Notes under the pieces: model-generated
Seen by the model: only the letters and a program-made list of their open reading frames with translations
The model's database searches: none
What the model was told of the DNA's origin: nothing
Part shown: positions 60,277 through 64,000 of the stretch, in pieces
Layout: each line of letters starts with the position of its first letter
Position numbering within the stretch: the first letter of the stretch is position 1
From: Ilumatobacteraceae bacterium
GTDB lineage: Bacteria; Actinomycetota; Acidimicrobiia; Acidimicrobiales; Ilumatobacteraceae
DNA: 64,000 nt
Assembly: GCA_044240045.1 (NCBI GenBank)
Contig: JBIIAC010000001.1
Location: 8,536 to 72,535, forward strand
Direction: 5' to 3'
Made by a program: the position numbers and the translations under genes

Positions 60277-61388
60277 TGACACATTCTCGCCTGGTGCGAT
60301 TGTTTGATGAGTGCGGTCAGAGCCCTTGGCTCGACAATCTCAAACGCGAATACATCACGAGTGGCACCCTGCAAGGAATTCTCGACACTGGCATTCGTGG
60401 ATTGACTTCAAATCCCACCATTTTTCAAAAAGCGATCCAAGGCTCGCAGGATTACGACGAGCAGTTTGGACAGCTATCTACGCTGGGCTGCACACCCATT
60501 GAAAGTTATTGGGAACTCGTAGTTAAGGACATCCAGGATGCTCTCGACGTGTTTCAGCCCCTGTACGAGTCATCAAATCATTCGGATGGTTTCGTGAGTG
60601 TTGAAGTTGATCCAAATCTGGCACATGACTCAATGGCAACAGAGACTGCAGCGCGAGAACTAGATGTTCGAGTAGACCGCGACAACGTCATGATCAAAAT
60701 ACCTGCAACTCAAGAAGGTATTCCCGTCATTCGCACAATGATTAGCGAAGGTCGCAATGTCAATGTGACTCTTATATTTAGCCTGGATCGTTATCAGGAC
60801 GTGATGAACGCCTACATCGATGGCCTCGAGATCCTGGGCAACAAATCTTCGGGGTCTCTTTCTGGAGTATCGAGTGTTGCGAGTTTCTTCATTTCGCGAG
60901 TTGATACGGAGATCGATAAGCGATTAATGAATATTGGAACAGATCAGTCTTTGGAGCTTTGCGGCACTGCAGCGATCTCACAAGCAAAGCTCGCTTACCA
61001 ACTGTTCTCGCAAACATTTTCAGGGCCACGTTGGGCCGCACTTGTACGTCGTGGCGCACGTGTGCAGCGTCCCTTGTGGGCATCGACCTCAACCAAAAAT
61101 CCGTCATATCCCGACACGTTGTATGTCGATCAATTGATAGGCGCCGACACGGTGAATACGTTGCCGGACAACACCATGATGGCGTTCAATGATCACGGGA
61201 CGCCAATCGCAACTATTGAGTCAGATGTGGATCTTGCGCATTCGCGCTGGCACGCATTGGAGGGAATGGGTATCGACGTCGCAGATGTTGCAGCCCAACT
61301 CGAACTAGATGGTGTTCGTTCGTTTCAGCAGAGTTTCACAGAACTCATCGACGCCCTCAATGCGAAACGCCAAGCCTTACACCAATGA
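60276..61388 (+). CDS. tal: Transaldolase (actinobacterial long type)
   Basis: SPWLDNL, TSNPTIFQKAI, and IKIPATQEG with the Schiff-base Lys. TGATG overlap with tkt. Confidence 0.92.
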   Translation: MTHSRLVRLFDECGQSPWLDNLKREYITSGTLQGILDTGIRGLTSNPTIFQKAIQGSQDYDEQFGQLSTLGCTPIESYWELVVKDIQDALDVFQPLYESSNHSDGFVSVEVDPNLAHDSMATETAARELDVRVDRDNVMIKIPATQEGIPVIRTMISEGRNVNVTLIFSLDRYQDVMNAYIDGLEILGNKSSGSLSGVSSVASFFISRVDTEIDKRLMNIGTDQSLELCGTAAISQAKLAYQLFSQTFSGPRWAALVRRGARVQRPLWASTSTKNPSYPDTLYVDQLIGADTVNTLPDNTMMAFNDHGTPIATIESDVDLAHSRWHALEGMGIDVADVAAQLELDGVRSFQQSFTELIDALNAKRQALHQ

Positions 61389-62401
61389 CGCAGTTGGTTG
61401 AGTTACAGAAGTCAATTTCGGATCTTGTAGGCGAATTTGGTTCAATTCATAACGCTGATTACGTCATGCAACTCATCACAACGAGCCTCGAGCTTGGGAC
61501 AGATAAAACATCGACGCTGGACATGAAGATTGCGTCCTCTGCACTTAAAGAAATGCGTGAAGCGTTCGCAATGTTTCAACCATTCACTCAGAGACGCAAG
61601 GTAACAATTTTTGGTTCAGCAAGAACCAAAAAAGATGATCCCCTGTACTCCCACACTCAGAACGTTGCTAAAAGTCTTGCCGACGAGGGATGGATGGTGG
61701 TCACGGGTGCCGGACCAGGGATCATGGAGGCCGGCATGGAAGGCGCCGGAAGAGAACGATCTATAGGGGTATCTATTCGCTTGCCATTCGAGTCGTCAGC
61801 AAATTCGATTATCGCTGGTGACGATAAATATGTTTCGATGCGCTATTTCTTCACTCGCAAATTGATGCTGGTCAAAGAGTCTCAAGCGTTTTTGTGTTTG
61901 CCCGGTGGTTTCGGCACGCTCGACGAAACTTTCGAGTTACTCACGCTTACGCAAACGGGTAAGGGTGTGCCCGTACCCATTGTGCTCTTGGATCTACCCG
62001 GCGATCGATTTTGGCACTCAATCGATGACATGATTCGTGATCAGTTGCTCGTACGTGGTCTTATATCACCAGAAGACCTTGCGCTCTATCGAGTATGCGA
62101 CAGCATCTCTGATGCGACTGAAGAGATACAGGGTTTTTATCGCAACTATCACTCGATTCGCTATATAGGCAAACACCTCATCATGCGTCTAAACCACAAT
62201 CCGTCTGTGCAAATTCTCGAGGCTCTAGATCAAAAATTTAGACACCTCTGTCGTTCTGGTGGATTCGAAGTTGTACAACCGCACGCGGTTGAAAAAGCCG
62301 AGAATGACTATGTGGACAAACACCGACTTCGATTTGATCCGAACCGCAGCGATGCGGGCGGTCTACGTGAATTGATTAATTTTCTTAATCAAGCCTCGTA
62401 A
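61385..62401 (+). CDS. LOG-family (TIGR00730-type) nucleotide N-glycosidase, long form
   Basis: TIFGSAR, VVTGAGPGIMEA, and the PGGFGTLDE motif. It has extra N- and C-terminal extensions (338 aa). Confidence 0.82.
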   Translation: MTQLVELQKSISDLVGEFGSIHNADYVMQLITTSLELGTDKTSTLDMKIASSALKEMREAFAMFQPFTQRRKVTIFGSARTKKDDPLYSHTQNVAKSLADEGWMVVTGAGPGIMEAGMEGAGRERSIGVSIRLPFESSANSIIAGDDKYVSMRYFFTRKLMLVKESQAFLCLPGGFGTLDETFELLTLTQTGKGVPVPIVLLDLPGDRFWHSIDDMIRDQLLVRGLISPEDLALYRVCDSISDATEEIQGFYRNYHSIRYIGKHLIMRLNHNPSVQILEALDQKFRHLCRSGGFEVVQPHAVEKAENDYVDKHRLRFDPNRSDAGGLRELINFLNQAS

Positions 62402-62588
62402 GCACTCCTATTGCCTTTTCGATTGCTCGCCGAGCTGTTGAGAGCTGCCGCTCTGTTTCCGGACGCTTAACTGCGCCCTCCCGATGAGCCGATTTGAGCG
62501 CATCAAGAGCCTTGTCTGCGATCTCCTCCGAGATTGATTCAAGTCTGGAGACAATGTCATTGATGGATTCGTCTTGCGATGCTGGCAT
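62385..62588 (-). CDS. Hypothetical small helical protein
   Basis: 67-aa ORF convergent with the LOG gene, overlapping its 3' end by 17 nt. Coding status is uncertain. Confidence 0.4.
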   Translation of the reverse strand: MPASQDESINDIVSRLESISEEIADKALDALKSAHREGAVKRPETERQLSTARRAIEKAIGVLTRLD

Positions 62589-62679
62589 GCATCAAGTATG
62601 ACAGTCAACACGACTGACAATGCGATTATCGACTCGTCTCAATACGTGTCTGATATAAATCTTCTGCAATTGTCACCAA

Positions 62680-63474
62680 ATGACGTGTGATGTGCTGTTC
62701 TATCGTCTAGCGTCACAACCTATGTCACGTCCAGAAGAACTTCATGAGTGGATTAGCTTCACCGACCCAGACGCCGAACAAACATGGATGATCGATTCGA
62801 CATTCATGCTCTCAAACTGGTCTTGCATCTACGGCTCCGGCTGTAAAGGTGTACTCGACGACGATGCAACCAAGTTGCAACAAGGTTGCTGCAGCTACGG
62901 CGCTCACTTCATCGACAAAAAAGATCTTGCATCGGTTAAAAAGTCGGTTAAGCGTCTCAAGCCAGAACACTGGCAAAAACACGAAAAAGGCGCAAATAAT
63001 CGTTGGCTAATCAAAAATCGTGATGGTTCCGATGCGACACGACGCATAAATGATGCGTGTATCTTCCACAACGACCCGGGCTTTGAAGGTGGCATGGGCT
63101 GTGCATTTCACATCGCTGCTCTTGAGGTTGGCGAGCGTCCAATGGACTGGAAGCCTGATGTTTGCTGGCAAGTGCCATTGCGGCTTGATGAGCACACAGA
63201 AGACGATGGCCATGTCATCTCGCATTTGCGCGAATGGAAGCGACGTGACTGGGGCGAGGGCGGCATCGAGTTTCATTGGTGGTGCACCGATGATCCTGCA
63301 GCGTTCGTTGGTAAAGACCCTGTTTATAAATATCTAAAAGATGAGATCACTGAGCTCATTGGATCAAAAACGTACAAAACTCTGGTCAAACTTCTTGAAG
63401 AAAAACGGTCAACACCACGACCACATCCTCAGGTATCGCTCAAGAATCCAACGCGCAAAACAGCTAAAAAATAA
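62680..63474 (+). CDS. Conserved-looking Cys-rich hypothetical protein (possible metal/Fe-S binding)
   Basis: WSCIYGSGCKGV...QQGCCSYGAHF, later ACIFH, GCAFH, VCWQ and WWC. Alternative start at 62722 (MSRPEEL). Confidence 0.6.
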   Translation: MTCDVLFYRLASQPMSRPEELHEWISFTDPDAEQTWMIDSTFMLSNWSCIYGSGCKGVLDDDATKLQQGCCSYGAHFIDKKDLASVKKSVKRLKPEHWQKHEKGANNRWLIKNRDGSDATRRINDACIFHNDPGFEGGMGCAFHIAALEVGERPMDWKPDVCWQVPLRLDEHTEDDGHVISHLREWKRRDWGEGGIEFHWWCTDDPAAFVGKDPVYKYLKDEITELIGSKTYKTLVKLLEEKRSTPRPHPQVSLKNPTRKTAKK

Positions 63475-63497
63475 AAACTGAACTTAGCAAGTTTTAC

Positions 63498-64000
63498 TTA
63501 GTTTGAATTGCGCTTGGTGTACTTGCGACGATCTTCAATCGTCAAGTATTTCTTACGAATTCTCACGTTGAGCGGAGTCACTTCAACCAACTCATCATCT
63601 GCAATCCATTCGATCGCGGTTTCGAGCGTGTGAGTTACTGGTGTGGCGAGTTTGATGCCTTCATCATGGCTGTGCGTACGAATGTTGTTCTTCTCTTTCG
63701 CGCGAACCGCATTCACGACCATCTCTTCTTCACGCGCATTCTCTCCAACAACCATGCCTTCGTACAACTCGTCACCTGGAGAGATGCAAAGTGTGCCTCT
63801 CTGCTCGAGGTTGTCGAGTGCATAGGCCGTCGCGGGACCCATGCGGTCCGAAACCATTGCTCCACCGAGACGGTGCGGTAGCTCTCCTGCCCATGGCATC
63901 CATCCGGCAAGGCTTTGGTGAAGCAGCGCTGTTCCGCGAGTGACTGTCAACAACAATGATCTAAAGCCAATCAAGCCACGAGAAGGCGCTTCAAAGTAGA
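63498..64000 (-). CDS. typA: Translational GTPase TypA/BipA, C-terminal part (gene continues beyond the window)
   Basis: GFRSLLLTVTRGTALLH, LEQRGTLCISPGDELYEGMVVGEN, and NVRIRKKYL tail. Confidence 0.9.
   Translation of the reverse strand, partial: YFEAPSRGLIGFRSLLLTVTRGTALLHQSLAGWMPWAGELPHRLGGAMVSDRMGPATAYALDNLEQRGTLCISPGDELYEGMVVGENAREEEMVVNAVRAKEKNNIRTHSHDEGIKLATPVTHTLETAIEWIADDELVEVTPLNVRIRKKYLTIEDRRKYTKRNSN

Overview
This window is a gene-dense, moderate-GC core chromosomal segment from an Actinomycetota genome. The phylum call rests on a WhiB regulator, a complete Pup-proteasome cassette, DUF4193, and actinobacterial synteny blocks: HAD-tlyA-nadK-recN-pyrG-nudix-xerD, scpA-scpB-rluB-tyrA, garA-like FHA/MerR/DUF151/MerR, and helY-tatC-tatA-pafA-prcAB-pup-dop-mpa. 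I count about 73 protein-coding genes and one tRNA-Pro(GGG). Both window edges cut genes: a HAD hydrolase tail at the 5' end and typA/bipA at the 3' end. Intergenic space is minimal, and many neighbouring genes share ATGA, GTGA or TGATG stop/start overlaps, which suggests a streamlined genome with long operons. I saw no rRNA, CRISPR array, transposase, prophage, integrase-flanked island, or leader long enough for a riboswitch or T-box. Most genes are housekeeping: nucleotide, aromatic amino acid, isoprenoid and pentose-phosphate metabolism, chromosome segregation, Tat export and pupylation. I found no convincing wholly new multi-gene system, and the window looks largely ordinary. The best leads are individual architectural oddities. 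(1) The GarA/OdhI-position FHA protein has a Zn-ribbon where the ETTS phospho-switch normally sits. (2) ThyX is double length, with the catalytic motifs apparently split between its two halves. (3) An orphan with a NadK/DAGK accessory-like motif is translationally coupled to helY. (4) A beta-alpha ordered ADP-forming acyl-CoA synthetase is coupled to a PBP4-type peptidase and two small membrane proteins. (5) A sphingosine-1-phosphate-lyase-like PLP enzyme is flanked by two orphans. (6) Several further orphan proteins are listed in the findings. All functional calls come from motif recognition by eye, and no searches were run.
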